Source: Octopus vulgaris
Taxonomy: Eukaryota
Assembly: GCA_951406725.2 (NCBI GenBank)
Contig: OX597828.1
Span: 52,576,001-52,640,000 of the forward strand
Length of the DNA stretch: 64,000 nt
Reading direction: 5' to 3'
The number at the start of each line of letters is the position of its first letter. Positions within the stretch are counted from its first letter, which is position 1. Position numbers and translations under genes: made by a program. Below the pieces are notes generated by a model that worked only from the letters and a program-made list of their open reading frames with translations, had not been told where the DNA came from and ran no database searches. Below, in pieces: positions 12,891 through 27,186 of this stretch.

Positions 12891-13949
12891 TTACTTGTTG
12901 TTGTGTTCGTTAGATTCTTCAATAAAGAAATGAAAAATATTTTGTAAATTCTGATAAAAGTAATAAACTATAAAACCAAAATATTTTTTAGTTATTTCCA
13001 GTTTATTTGTCATCAACCCTATAGCAATCACTTGACACATACGTCTGTATAATTAAAGAAATACTAATTTTCAAATTGTAAAAGGAAGAAGAAAGGGATC
13101 TTGATCCGTTCAGAACCATATCGGATTTTTCCCATCTGATATTATCTATGTCAGAAGTTGTAAAAGGATCTTGTAAACTACAAAGATTTGTCAGTAAAAA
13201 AAAATCTTGCAATCTAAACTTGATCAGGAGACCAAACTCCTAGCCAAACAGACGTTTAAGTGGAAAAAAAAATTCCAAAAATTCTTTCACTACAAAATCT
13301 CCTATGTATTAGAAGTTCTTTTAATTAAATTTTAGATTTTTGTTTTCTTAGCTATCATTTTCAAAAGCAACAGCCACTGCAACATTAACAAGTTGTTCCT
13401 ACCCAGTTTCCTCTTCATAATCGTAATTTATTATTATTTTTTTTTTGTTCTTTGCCATTCCAGATATAAGACTGCATTCGATTTGTGTATTTCTGTAGAA
13501 GAGCTCTTATATGTTTATTTATCATAAAAGACGTGCAGCTATCAATACATTTATTCCACATACATGCATTAACAACATATCTGCACACTGATTAAAATCT
13601 ATACTAACACGTAATGTATACAATCAGACCCCTACACATACGCACACATGCACACACATACACGCATACACTGAGTCTTGGTTTTTTTATACAACCCAGT
13701 ATATCTATTAACATTATAACGATATGCTGTCCTTCTTAGGTGGTCGCTACAGATTTTTTTCAATTTCAATTACTTTGCACACACACATACACACATATGC
13801 ATATATATGTGTAGGTGTGTATATACGCATATAGTATTCTTTATTCATACAATTTCTTATTGTATTTATATTTAAAATTCGCTGTATATACATTCTTATG
13901 TATTCTTTCTTATGATATTTATTTCAGTCTTAAATCTAAATAACATATT

Positions 13950-14007
<58 letters not shown>

Positions 14008-14009
<2 letters not shown>

Positions 14010-14074
14010 ATACAATGAAATAATATAAAGGAAGTGTAAGTAAATAATATAGATATATGTTATAAATAAAAGAC

Positions 14075-14107
<33 letters not shown>

Positions 14108-14222
14108 AGATATATGTTATAAATAAAAGACATATATACATATATATATATATATGTCTTTTATTTATAACATATATCTATATTATTTACTTACGTTTCC
14201 TTTCTATTATTTCATTGTATTT
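14008..14222. repeat. Fold-back inverted duplication around (TA)n with an extra internal direct copy
   Basis: aaatacaatgaaataat...taagtaaataatatagatatatgttataaataaaagacata is mirrored at 14153-14222; a partial direct copy lies at 14106-14135. Confidence 0.85.
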
Positions 14223-14892
14223 ATATTATTTTTATAACATTTAGCAATAGTTTTTATGTTAATACTAATACGTATATGTTTAATAATTTTATGAATGTTA
14301 TATATATTTGCATTAAACATTTTAATAAGATTTTATATATACAAACGTACGAACAGTCATACACACACATTTTGCATTATATTATTTATATCGCGTATAT
14401 ATGTGCATTTCTGTGTATTTATATGCGTTTTACATACATCCCTGCCGAGTTGTGTGGTAAATGAAAACTAAAACCTAGGCCTATATATAAAGGTATACGC
14501 ACAAACGTGAGGTTACATGCTTGTATATGATGTCACACAGAACCAAAGTGTACACATGCATACACTCATAAAGACACTTATACATACACATACAAATACA
14601 CATAAAATGTGTATGTTTATGTTTTCATGGTGGAGATGAAATGATACTCTAAAACTGGGAAAGTGTTCGCTGTATGATAAAGTGTGCCGGTTTATTCACT
14701 GTATATGAAAATCTATGATTTTAGCTAATCTTATCTGGTTTTCTCTCCACCGTTTCTTTTATATCTATCTCTTTTTGTCTTTCCCTCTCCATCTCTCTTT
14801 TTGTCTTTCCCTCTCTCTCTCTTTTAATCTCACATTCGTTTTTTTCGTAGAACAGTATTTCTATAATCACACTGACACAAATTATACAATAC

Positions 14893-15045
14893 GTGTGTGT
14901 GTGTGCACATGTGTGTGTGTGTGCACATGTGTGTGTGTGTGCACATGTGTGTGTGTGTGCACATGTGTGTGTGTGTGCACATGTGTGTGTGTGTGCACAT
15001 GTGTGTGTGTGTGCACATGTGTGTGTGTGTGCACATGTGTGTGTG
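14893..15045. repeat. 18-bp minisatellite (GTGTGTGTGTGTGCACAT)n
   Basis: About 8 copies read directly. Confidence 0.9.
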
Positions 15046-15553
15046 TGAGTGTGTATGTCTAGCTACAAGACGCAGATAATCATCAGAAAGCATAGGTCAA
15101 AATGTCTAATCAGAAAATTTATTCATGGCTCTTTGTAGTTCAATTAACAAGTTCATTACTAGCGATTATTACCAATGTCTTCGGGAAATGGCTGACATAA
15201 AGAAGGAATCCCGATTACACACATAAACATATAAGCTTGTTTTTAATCTCACGCGAATTCCCGTGTATGTTAATGTTTCAGTTACTGCTAGATTCTTCAG
15301 CCGGTGTAGCAAGACTTTAGGATCTAGCAAGCTTTGAAATAATAGAAGTAAGTCCACAATAAAATGTATGTAAAGTGAATGGAATACACAAGCTGAAAGA
15401 AGTGAATGTGCTTGTACACATCCAAAAAATCACCCCGTAATGAGGTAGTAACAACGTATGGGTCCAAAACTACATTTCAACCTGATGATTAGTTATATGA
15501 AACTAACGGCAAGACTTTAGGATCTGAGCATCAATGAAACACACACACTCTCT

Positions 15554-15618
<65 letters not shown>

Positions 15619-15651
15619 AATCTATCTATCTCTCTATCTATCTATCTCTAT

Positions 15652-15689
<38 letters not shown>

Positions 15690-16034
15690 CTATCTATCTA
15701 TCTATCTATCTATCTGTGATACACGATCCCTATTGATCGTTTTCTTTTCCTCTTCCCCTTTTTTTCCTCTTTTTTCTTCTTTTTTCATTTTTCTTTTCCT
15801 TTGTTCCTTTTCCCTTTTTTCTTTTTTCTTTTCTTTTTTTTTGTTCTTTTTTCCCTTTTACGATCCCTTTTGATCGAAAACCTACGCCACCTTTTTTTTT
15901 TATTCTTTTTTTTTGTTTTTTGTTTTTTTTTTTCATCCCCCAAAAGAAAAGCTCTACCTTGTAACTTGTCCCATCTGTGTGCAGCCCTGTGTGGCCAATA
16001 AAGAAACTTATCTATCTATCTTTCTTTCTTTCAG

Positions 16035-16101
<67 letters not shown>

Positions 16102-16868
16102 GTCTATCTGTCTCTCTAACTTCCAATCTATCTATCTTCATAAGCACGCAAACGCGCACACATACACACTCACAAACACACATATTTACATATATAAGCA
16201 AAGGGACATAACCACATGGAAAGTTGCGCAAGACTTAATAACGTTACTAATTTATTTGTTTGTTTGTATACTCTACTTAGGTCTACATTTTTCTTTCTGT
16301 TCTGCTTAGATACCCGTTCCACAAAATTGTTCTTATAAGTAAGCGCTACATGTTATGGACGAAGGAATTCGAGTTTAAATTGCGGATCTTTCTTTAGCAT
16401 TCTACAACTCATTCTGTCTTCAGGTAAGCTACGATTCCTATTAGTAAGAGACGAGACTTACTCGAATAAAATAGATATTTTTAATCGATACTTTGATCTC
16501 CAGTAATAATGTCTTTGCCAATCAGCACTAAATGTGTGTTTTTGTGAAATATATGTGTATGTGTGTGCATGTGTGTACGTGTGTACGTGTGTGCGTGTGC
16601 GCATGCGCGTATATGTAGATTGTTTGAAATGACGTATAGATTTAATGTATTAAAAAAAGTATGTGGTTAGAATTTTGGATAATTATTAATTTTGGATAAT
16701 TCTTTAGCTTTCTTCCAATTGACAGTGACTCTTCGGATAACTTTTACAGAAAATTTCTTTGTCTTTTATACAAATGGAAAAGAGGATGCAGTTTTGTTTA
16801 GAAAAAGGAGAAAGAGAAAATAAGAAGGAAAGGAGGAGAGGAAGAAAGATAGGAAGACACAGTATATA

Positions 16869-17285
16869 CTCTTTTACTCCTTTACTCTTTTACTTGTTTC
16901 AGTCATTTGACAGCGGCCATGCTGGAGCACCGCCTTTAGTCGAGCAAATCGACGCCGGGACTTATTCTTTGTAAGCCCAGTACTTATTGTATCGGTCTCT
17001 TTTGCCGAACTGTTAAGTGACGGGGACGTAAACACACCAGCATCGGTTGTCAAGCAATTCTAGGGGGACAAACACAGACACACAAACATATACACACACA
17101 CTTATATATATATATATACATATATACGACAGGCTTCTTTCAGTTTCCGTCTACCAAATCCACTCACAAGGCATTGGTCGGCCCGGGGCTATAGCAGAAG
17201 ACACTTGCCCAAGATGCCACGCAGTGGGACTGAACCCGGAACCATGTAGTTGGTTAGCAAGCTACTTACCACACAGCCACTCCTG
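16869..17285 (-). mobile_element. SINE family A, full length
   Basis: tRNA-like head, CORE-like cttgggcaagtg, internal microsatellite, (agtaaaag)n tail. Confidence 0.92.
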
Positions 17286-17697
17286 TATACATATATTTAC
17301 AACTATGTTAATATGACAATTAGAGAAGGAGAAAAAGAGAGAGATAGAGAGACAGAAGAAGGCTGTGAGATATTTTGGGTGTAGTGCGTGTGTGTATGTG
17401 TGTGTGTAGCTGTATGTAGGTGTATATTTACACACACGTTAATATGTATATAATAAGAGAAATGGAGAGAGGAAGAGAGGAAGAAAGAGAAAAATGCTTT
17501 CCAAAGCAATGACCAAGTCAAAATTGATAATCTGAATTGTAATTAGACTCTAACAAGCTGGCCATATCGACGCAACACAATTCGGAAAACAAAGTCCCTT
17601 TCTGTCTTTCTGATATTTTCTAATTTTTCTTCTTCTTTTCTTTCTCTTTTCCTTCCTTTCTTGTCCCTCCTTTCTTTCTCCTATTAATTACAGCCCA

Positions 17698-17832
17698 TTC
17701 AAATTCCGCCAAGGTCGACTTTGCTTTCATCATTTCGGGGACGAAAACACAAGTACCAGTTGAAAACTGGGGTCAATGTAATCGACTCATACCCTCCCCA
17801 AAATTGCTGCCCTTGAGGCAAAATTTGAAACC
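17698..17832 (+). mobile_element. SINE family B fragment
   Basis: ttcaaattccgccaaggtcgactttgcttttcatc...aagtaccagttg...ctggggtcaatgtaatcgact. Confidence 0.75.
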
Positions 17833-18114
17833 TTTAATTACAGACCATCCCCAAATATATTATCTCTCCATTAAGAATAAAAGAACACACACATATATAC
17901 ATATATATATATATACACACACATATATGTATATATATACATACTCGTAAATATATATATGTATATATATATATATATATACATATATATATACATATAC
18001 ACATACATATATATATACATATATGTATATACCTATGTGTACGTAAACTTATCCATATATACGGAAGGAAGAATATACGTATATATGTATATATTTATAT
18101 ATATGTATGTGTAA

Positions 18115-18153
<39 letters not shown>

Positions 18154-19100
18154 TATATATACATATATGTATATATCTATGTGTACGTAAACTTATCCAT
18201 ATATACGGAAGGAAGAATATATGTATATATCTATATATTTATGTAAATGTGTGTATATATATATATATATATACATATGTACATGCATATACGCATGTCC
18301 ATACATACAAACATAGGTATATATACATGGAATGAAAGAGAGAGAAAAAGATTGCCTGGAATAGATACGAAGATAGACATACAGACAGTTGTTTCGTTAA
18401 ACAAATAGCTAAAACGCTGAAATACATCTTCAGTACACAAAAACACATCGAACACCTCCTTAAAAAACTGACACCAGTTGTCACCAAGTTGCAGAACGAG
18501 ATTGTATTAAGCTGAAATAAATAAGGAATAAAAATTAAATAAAAACCAAACCCATAGATGGCGCCACTATACTAACAAAGCCAACAACATAGGGATGTGA
18601 GACGGAACAGAACGTGAAATGAAACAGATATGGTAGCCTAATAAAACGTGTGAGGTACTCAATGACAGACTAAGAGAAGTTGCTTCATATGTGTGTGTAT
18701 GTATGTATGTGTGTGTGTGTGTGCGTGTGTGTGTGCGTGTGTGTGTGTGTGTGTGTTGCAACTATATCAGCTTACACCGAAAAACCGGACTGTATGTATC
18801 ACTGGCACAGACATAGGAAGACAGATAGACACACACACACACGCAGATACATACACAAACGCATACACACACACACAAGCACGCACGAACACAAACAAGC
18901 AAACACTCAGTTGTACATGTATGTGGTTTTATGTAGTTGTATATATATATATAAAGAGAGAGACGAAGAGGGGAGAGAGAAGGAGGAGAGAAGAGAAAGA
19001 GGGAGTAAGAGAGATAGATAGATAGATTGATTTTTATTTCGATATTATTTATATGTATGTATATTTATATATCATATATGTGTATGTATGTCTATATATC

Positions 19101-19141
<41 letters not shown>

Positions 19142-19719
19142 TAACTTTAAATATATATATACATATATATGTATATGTATATATGTGTGTGTATGTATAT
19201 ATATACATGTATGTATGCATGAATATATTTATGTATATATATATATATATGTATTTATATAGGTATTGTGATGGAAACAAGAAGAATAAGTGCCAACGCA
19301 CGAAATATACGAACGCAAACACATTTCTTCAGTACTCTTAATGTACGGGAAAATATTTGGAGTTGTTTACGTAATCCAATACGGTGATATTCTAATTTAT
19401 GACTACTATATGTTTCAGTTCGTTATTCATTTATTTATTTACATATTTTTTCTTGAGACACGAAAGCAGGTAAGTTTTCTCTGATGAGAAACCAAAGCTA
19501 TGAAATTATTTGTACTTGTGCATGTTACCATTATAGAGAAATACTCTTTCTTTACGCTGTCAGTGAAATTGTCGACACTCTCTCGGCAGTACAAAATGAA
19601 CATGTAATATAATAACGGCGTTAGATCCCCAGTGCGCATGCTCAGTAAATATGTATATATTTTAGGTACTGTTTGCCGTAATCCGATAAAATTCTTATAT
19701 AGTATTATTATTATTATCA

Positions 19720-20161
19720 TTCAGTAGTTTTATTTTTATAGCGTGCTTTCACTTCACTACCGAGCGCAGCTCTGTGTGCCTTGGGTATGTGCTGTGATTT
19801 GTTGTGATGCTCTGATGGTTATTGTATGGAAAGTGCTCTGCGTAGGATGTGTGCAGTGCCTAGTAGTGCAATTTTCTGTATGTTATATGTGTTTGTAAGT
19901 CCTGGTGTTTTTGTTATGTATTTGTCTGAATATTTTTTTATCATGCCTAATGCACCTACTATGATAGGAATTGTTTCTGTTTTTAGATTCCACATTCTGG
20001 TTACCTCTATTTCCAGGTCTTTGTATTTTGAAAGTTTCTCCATTTCTTTTAGAGACACGTTGTCATCTGCCGGTATTGATACATCAATTAGAAAGCATTT
20101 TTTTTCTTCATGATCTCTGACAACTATATCTGGTCTGTTGGCCTTAATTTCTCTATCTGTG
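19720..20161 (-). mobile_element. 5'-truncated non-LTR retrotransposon (Dong/R4-like): restriction-like endonuclease C-terminus plus 3' UTR
   Basis: Open frame TDREIKANRPDIVVRDHEEKKCFLIDVSIP...EKLSKYKDL...IPIIVGALG...QKIALLGTAHILRRAL* has the PD..D RLE signature; (TAA)n on both sides on the minus strand. Confidence 0.9.
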
Positions 20162-20206
20162 ATTATTATTATTATTATTAGTAGTAGTAGTAGTAGTAGT
20201 AGTAGC

Positions 20207-20239
<33 letters not shown>

Positions 20240-20258
20240 CGTAGTAGTAGTCGTAGTC

Positions 20259-20317
<59 letters not shown>

Positions 20318-20330
20318 TGCTGTTGTTGTT
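20162..20330. repeat. (ATT)n/(AGT)n microsatellite
   Basis: Direct reading. Confidence 0.9.
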
Positions 20331-20894
20331 TAGGACCGCGTATACATATATTTATAGACACGCATACTTACATCCAAACACATTCACACGCACACACACG
20401 CACACAAATACACACACACACATATATTGAACAGCAGACTTAATGGAGCATCCAGTTTAACACCATCACCAAGAACACCTCCACTACCACCATCTCCATC
20501 ACAACCACCACCACTCCACCACTACCATCACAACTGCGACCACCACTACCACTACCACTACCTGGACCTTGGTCTCTTTCACGAAAGGGTCAACCCTTAT
20601 TGCAAGCATTTGAGTCAGGTCATATTTTTAAGAATGCATTTCACTCTCCCTACTACAGTCCTGCAGGGGCTGTGATGAGGATTTGATCCTACTCATCACT
20701 TCTGTACAAGTCATAAAGAAGAACTTCCAACCATGACAATCTCGTGTTTTTAGGACTAAGTTAATCCGAACTAATGTGTCATTTGCTCATTAGCTTAGTT
20801 TCGGTTGGATGTTCAACTGTTAATTCTAGCAGATCAAACGATCAAGCTCAATCATCCTAGTTAGCTAGTTTACCTTGTTATTGTCGTAGGCGCG

Positions 20895-20895
<1 letters not shown>

Positions 20896-20944
<49 letters not shown>

Positions 20945-21169
20945 ATTTGGCTCAAAAGCAAATAGCAAGGCCATGTAGGGGGACATGGAGTTAAGTACAG
21001 GGTGGTGTTCATGTAAAGAGTTCAGGCCACTTAAGGTCCAGGGAGGCTTTGAACAAAGCGGTCGTCGGCATCTTCACCATCTCGTCTGGCAGCTTGTTCC
21101 ACGGATCCGCAACCCGGACGGAGAAAGCTCCTCTCCTTCGATTGAGATGAAATCGTCGCAGGTAGAGCT
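20896..21169 (-). mobile_element. CR1/L2-type LINE 3' end with (CTAA)n tail
   Basis: Minus strand translates LYLRRFHLNRRRGAFSVRVADPWNKLPDEMVKMPTTALFKASLDLKWPELFT*, matching the FSxRV..WNxLP...FK..LD ORF2 C-terminal motif; short 3' UTR then a 4-bp tandem tail. Confidence 0.85.
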
Positions 21170-21174
21170 AGTAT

Positions 21175-21463
21175 TGGGCTTATGATCGTAAGGTTGTGAG
21201 TTCGATTCGCGGTGACGTGTTGCATTCTTGAGCAACAAGACCCATTATTTCACATTGCTTCAGCCCCACTCTGTTAGCAAAATGCCTGTATTTCAAAGGA
21301 CCAGCCTTGTCACATTCAGTTCACGCCAAATCTCCCTGAGAACTACGTTAAGAGTACGCTTGCCTGTGGGGTACTCAGCCACTTGTGCGTTAATTTCACG
21401 AACGGGCTGTTGCATTGATAGGATCAGCTGGAACCATCGTCGTCTTAAACTGACGGAACGCCA
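21175..21463 (+). mobile_element. Chimeric SINE: family D head plus family C tail
   Basis: gcttatgatcgtaaggttgtgagttcgatt matches 27933-27961; cctgtatttcaaagg...gagaactacgttaag...catcgtcgt matches 26426-26590. Confidence 0.75.
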
Positions 21464-21928
21464 TCTAGGTATTCTCATTGCTGGTGATTTCCGCAGAACC
21501 TTTCTGACTGAGCAACCAAAATTTTTTAAAATATTCCCGAAGTCACAATAACATTTCCTTATACGTTTGTCACCATTATTTATAATATGCCGTGATGCTA
21601 TTTGTAGTAATAATCTAAGATAGATGTATTATTTCTAGCAGATGTTGAGACCACGAGGAGCAATTCAATACCAACACCCACGTCTGTTCCTTCGTCGTAT
21701 GTTTCTCGAAGCAACTATTTCAACAGATAAGATCGGAAATGTCTGTTGACGGTTTATATAAAGATGTTTCCTCCGTTGTTTAACTGAGAATAGGAGATAT
21801 ACGACATCGAAAAACAAACGTTAGTTGGCTATGAATATACCTTCGTATATATTTAGGAGTGTACAAGAATGTGTTGTGCATTGGTGCATGTATGTGTGCT
21901 GCTACGTTCTTTATACATACACACATAC

Positions 21929-21973
<45 letters not shown>

Positions 21974-22101
21974 CGTATATATTTGTGTGTGTCTATATAT
22001 ATATACACACATATATACATATATTTATATAGACATACACAAATATATGTACATATGTGTATGTATATTGATGTTTATATATGATGTATATATATGATGT
22101 A

Positions 22102-22142
<41 letters not shown>

Positions 22143-22184
22143 CATATATATATGTATATATATATATATATAGACGTACATGCT

Positions 22185-22231
<47 letters not shown>

Positions 22232-23110
22232 GTATGTGTGTTTGTGTGTGTGAGTGTTTGCGTGCGTAAATGTATGCATATATATGTACACACAGATTTA
22301 CTGGTCTATGTTTACGCGTTTGTTGTTTTTTTTGTTTTTATCTTGTAATGTAAATATTTGTTGATAAACAACACTACTGCTGAGAGGATAGTATTTGTAC
22401 GAAACGGTGGTTAAGAGACGGTATGTTAGTATAAATTTCTTTGTATTACACACACACACACACACAGACTCACTCACACACGCACACCAACACACCAACA
22501 CACTGCTATATACTTCGACACAAACATATATATATATATAATAAACATACAATTACAAGCATGTTTATAAATTTAAACATACACACCTCTCTTTCTTTCT
22601 TTCTCTCTCTCTCTCTTTCTCTCTCTCTCACACACACACACTCACACACACACACATGTATATACAAGCTGCCTGTAAGTATTAGGAGACAGTGACTGTG
22701 TGTGAGACGAAGCGTTACATTACACTCATTCAGAGATAAAAACTCGCAGAGTTTCAGTTGTTTTCGAAACTGAGAAACGCAAACACCATACCCTAAGACT
22801 GTCAGTGAAGTCCTTTCTGTGAGATTTTCTTTTTCTTTGGTCTTCCTCTCATTATCAATGAGGAGACTATAGGCTAGGGAAAATGACCTGCAGAGGGTGC
22901 GAACGCTCTCCTCCCACTAAAATTTGGGAGTGGACAATGAAAACGCTTTGAACATCTTCCTGAATATCTTTACCGTCGAAACGAACGAGCCTGGATATAT
23001 TTTTGGACTGATTTGAAACATTATCTTTCTATTACTGGATCTATATGATTGGATAGCTGTATAAATATAATAATAATAGCAATAATTATTATACTTGAGC
23101 TTTTTTATTT

Positions 23111-23615
23111 TCAAATTCCGCCGAGGTAGACTTTGCCTTTCATTCTTCCAGGGTTGATAAAATAAAGTAGGAGTTGAGCACTGGGGTCGATGTAATCGAC
23201 TTATTCACTCCCCAGAAATTGCGGGCCTTGTGTCAACATTTCAAACCAGTATTATACATGCGTTTAAGGCGTCGAGCTGGCAGAATCGTTAGCTCGCCGG
23301 GCGAAATGCTTAGCGGTATTTCGTCTGTCGCTACGTTCTGAGTTCAAATTCCGCCGAGGTCGACTTTGCCTTTCATCCTTTCGGGGTCGATTAAATAAGT
23401 ACCAGTTACGCACCAGTTACCGTTTGTCTGTCCTTGTTTGTCCTCTCTGTGTTTAGCCCCTTGTGGGTAGTAAAGAAATAGGTATTTCATATGTTGACGC
23501 GCTCTGAGTTCAAATGCCACCGGAGTCGACTTTGCCTCACGCACTAGGCTCGTTGTAATCGACTGGTCCTCACACCGCCAAATTTCAAGGCTTGTGCCTA
23601 TAACAGAAAGGATTA
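23111..23615 (+). mobile_element. Tandem cluster of three SINE family B copies
   Basis: Repeated ttcaaattccgccgaggtcgactttgcc; complete head ggcgtcgagctggcagaatcgttagc at 23268. Confidence 0.85.
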
Positions 23616-23974
23616 TTATACCTGTGTTTGTTTTGGTATTAAGATTGAAAACATCGACTTTGTTTCTTTAAATATTTGAACTTGAACTTGCACTTTCTAA
23701 ATAAATTTCATTTCTGTACTCACGGAGAAGGCCAAACATATTTCAAGTATGTGTTCATTGCTATAAAATATAAAAATTTTTTAAACTATTCGAAGTCTCA
23801 TTTGTCATCGAAGTCTCATTTGTTGTTCGAAGTTTTATTTAATTGTGTTTCACTGACTTGGTGTTGCTGGACAATTTTAAAAGCATAAGTCATTAAGATT
23901 TCATTAAATTCTATGAAATAAGCTAATTGATCTGTGCCTTTTTCAATTCTTGCAGGCTCATATCCATACAGAGT

Positions 23975-24108
23975 ACAACAGGGGTCGCCACCACCCCCTG
24001 CCGAATCTTCGTGGAACTTTTAGATGTTTTGGCTCAATAAACATACACAACGCCCGGTCTGGGATTCGAAACAGCGATCCTCCGGCCAGGAGTCCGCGGC
24101 CCTAACCA

Positions 24109-24109
<1 letters not shown>
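23975..24109 (-). mobile_element. Diverged SINE family C head
   Basis: Reverse complement ggtggttagggccgcggactcctggccggaggatcgctgtttcgaatcccagaccgggcgttgtg. Confidence 0.7.
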
Positions 24110-24190
<81 letters not shown>

Positions 24191-24236
24191 TGTATGTATG
24201 TATGTATGTATATATATATATATACATATATATATG

Positions 24237-24314
<78 letters not shown>

Positions 24315-24808
24315 AATGCATAAAACGGTAAGGAGGTATGTTTACACTGAATCGATTATAAAATACACAGAAAGAAAAACAACAAAAAAGGTCCAGGAAT
24401 AGTAAACAAGGTATCAACAAAAGTAAATTTTGTTTGTTCTTTTGGTATTGTGAAGTATTCGATACTTGAGCACGTTTCTCTACTCCAGTTTGTGTGACTA
24501 CATTTTCTATCCGTTCTTTCTAGCGAGCACATCTTAACACCATTCTTCTACTACAGCTCGTGTTTTACAGCATCCATTCAACAATAATATAGAGGAGCCT
24601 TTTCTTAGCACTTAACGTATTATTGACGTGAAATCTCTATCAATGGACTCGGTATTGTTTTGTTTGTGAAAATGTTACATGCGTATTCATTGCTACAACT
24701 GTACACTACAAAAACATGTAAGCATACACAAACACACACACACATATCCACGCATACACGCACACACATATGCACACACAAATGCACACATAAATATATA
24801 CTTATACA

Positions 24809-24859
<51 letters not shown>

Positions 24860-25659
24860 TATATAAATACATATATATACATATATATATATGCATATAG
24901 ATAGATAGATGCATATATATATACACACGTACATATATGTATGTATATATGTATATATTTATATACAAACATATATATACATGTATGTATATATATATAT
25001 GCATCTATCTATATGCATATATGCATATATATATATATATATATATATACAACATGCATACTTACATGTACATATATGCATTAACATGTATGTATGTATG
25101 TATGTATGTATGTATGTATGTATGTATGTGTGTATGTATGTATATATTCACACATTGTTTAACTAATTTTAATCCATCACATGTAGAAAGCGTACTTGGC
25201 TATATGTTCAAATTTTTGCGCACACACAAACACACACACACACATACACACACATACACACATATATACGTATATATCTTACGACAACACACCCGCATAT
25301 GCACACATATACGTTACATGCACACACCGTATCACCCATACTCACACACACACACACACACACACACATACTTGCTCACATGCTAACATGAGAATTTCAA
25401 GAACGTAGAAGTGGGTAGGCTGAAGTATAAGAACAAATACAAATACTACACAGAACTATGCACTTTCGCACTTACACACACTCACACACTCACACACTCA
25501 CACACACAAACAGAATATGGTGAACATTGTATTGTGTAATTCTCAATCAAAAATGGTCAAGTGCATCTTAGAGTAAAATTCAGAACATCGCTTGCGGATT
25601 TACATTAATACGAATGATAAACGCTGTTGGGCCCTCCCGCCCCCGTCTCCCAGTTATCA

Positions 25660-25800
25660 CTGTCGTCGTCGTCATCATTATCATCATCCTCATCATCCTC
25701 ATCATCCTCATCTTCCTCATAATCGGTCAGCAGCAGGACAACCACCACCACCACCACCACCACCACTACCTCCACCACTACCATCATGATCATGATGATG

Positions 25801-25842
<42 letters not shown>

Positions 25843-25979
25843 GATCATTATCATGATCAAGATCACCGTAATCAACAGCAACAGCAGGACCATCACCACC
25901 ATCACCGCCACTGCCACCATCACCACCATTACCACCACCACCACCACTACCACCACCACCACCACCACCACTACCACCA

Positions 25980-26018
<39 letters not shown>

Positions 26019-26036
26019 TCGTCGTCGTCGTCGTCG
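25660..26036. repeat. (CAT/CAC/CGT)n trinucleotide low-complexity tract
   Basis: Direct reading; source of poly-His/Asp/Val ORFs. Confidence 0.9.
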
Positions 26037-26084
26037 CAGAGGTAGAGTGATATGCTTTATTAAAAAGCAGCAGAAATATCACAA

Positions 26085-26128
26085 AAACTGTTACTCAGTG
26101 TTTCACGTTCCAGTTCGTCGCACAGTTT
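26085..26128 (-). ncRNA. Degenerate minimal hammerhead motif (same family as 50579-50616)
   Basis: Minus: AAACTGT-GCGACGA-ACTGGAACGT-GAAA-CACTGAG-TA-ACAGTTT; 7-bp stem I, GUA triplet, CUGA mutated. Confidence 0.55.
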
Positions 26129-26225
26129 CGTTAGAATGAAACACAAATGACGATATAATCAAACAAAAACTAGTTTAAAGGACACACCTTTGAAAATGGT
26201 TTTGTTTCCTTGGTCAACTAACGGT

Positions 26226-26614
26226 CGAGGCGCAATGGCCCAGTGGTTAGGGCAGCGGACTCGCGGTCGTAGGATCGTGGTTTCGATTCCCAGACCGGGC
26301 GTTGTGAGTGTTTATTGAGCGAAAACACCTAAAGCTCAACGAGGCTCCGGCAGGGGATGGTGGTGATCCCTGCTGTACTCTTTCACCACAACTTTCTCTC
26401 ACTCTTATTTCCTGTTTCTGTTGTACCTGTATTTCAAGGGGCCGGCCTTGTCACTCTCTGTGTCACGCTGAATATCCCCGAGAACTACGTTAAGGGTGCA
26501 CGTGTCTGTGGAGTGCTCAGCCACTTACACGTTAATTTCACGAGTAGGCTGTTCCGTTGATTCGGATCAACCGGAACCCTCGTCGTCGTAACCGACGGAG
26601 TGCTTCCCCTCCCT
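26226..26614 (+). mobile_element. SINE family C, full length, with 10-bp TSD
   Basis: tRNA-like head (tggcccagtggttag A box; ggtttcgattccc B box); AACTAACGGT at 26216-26225 and 26615-26624. Confidence 0.92.
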
Positions 26615-27186
26615 AACTAACGGTAATTAACAAAATAAATCCAGTATAAATTCATCTTATTGTAAAATCGAAGAAAACCTTAAATCGATGGACAGATTCT
26701 AAACTCGCATGGTAAGTAATTATATACGAACTATAAATCAATTAATACATTAAAATTAAAATTTATAATTTTCACGCTGTGTTACATAACTATATTTTCA
26801 GCAGCATATTATACATACTGAACCATCTATAATGTACATATATACACCAAAATTTACAGATGCATGTACATAGTTATATGCGTATATAGACATATATATT
26901 TGAGACATAAATATATACACAAATACACATATACATATATGTACGCATATATACACGCGCACAAACTCTCTTTTCGAATTCATTAGAAAAATTAGATTCC
27001 GTATTTCAGCAATTAAATACAGAGAGATATGAAGGAGAAAAAAATTAGAGAAATTAAGAAGTCGAATAAGATCTTCGTGATCTCTGATAAGACAAAAAAA
27101 CTTATAGGCGGTTGATAAGTACGTTTATAAGCGTCTAATTTGTGACTCGAAGGTGAACTTCGAACTTTCTAGATGCAATCCGATTT

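Noticed and set aside
18033-18220. 44-bp direct duplication within (TA)n
   Set aside because: Ordinary slippage duplication in a microsatellite field
26228-26300. Bona fide tRNA gene (also 27900-27970, 45287-45360, 50925-50995)
   Set aside because: tRNA-like heads run into SINE bodies, acceptor stems are incomplete, and TSDs enclose whole elements
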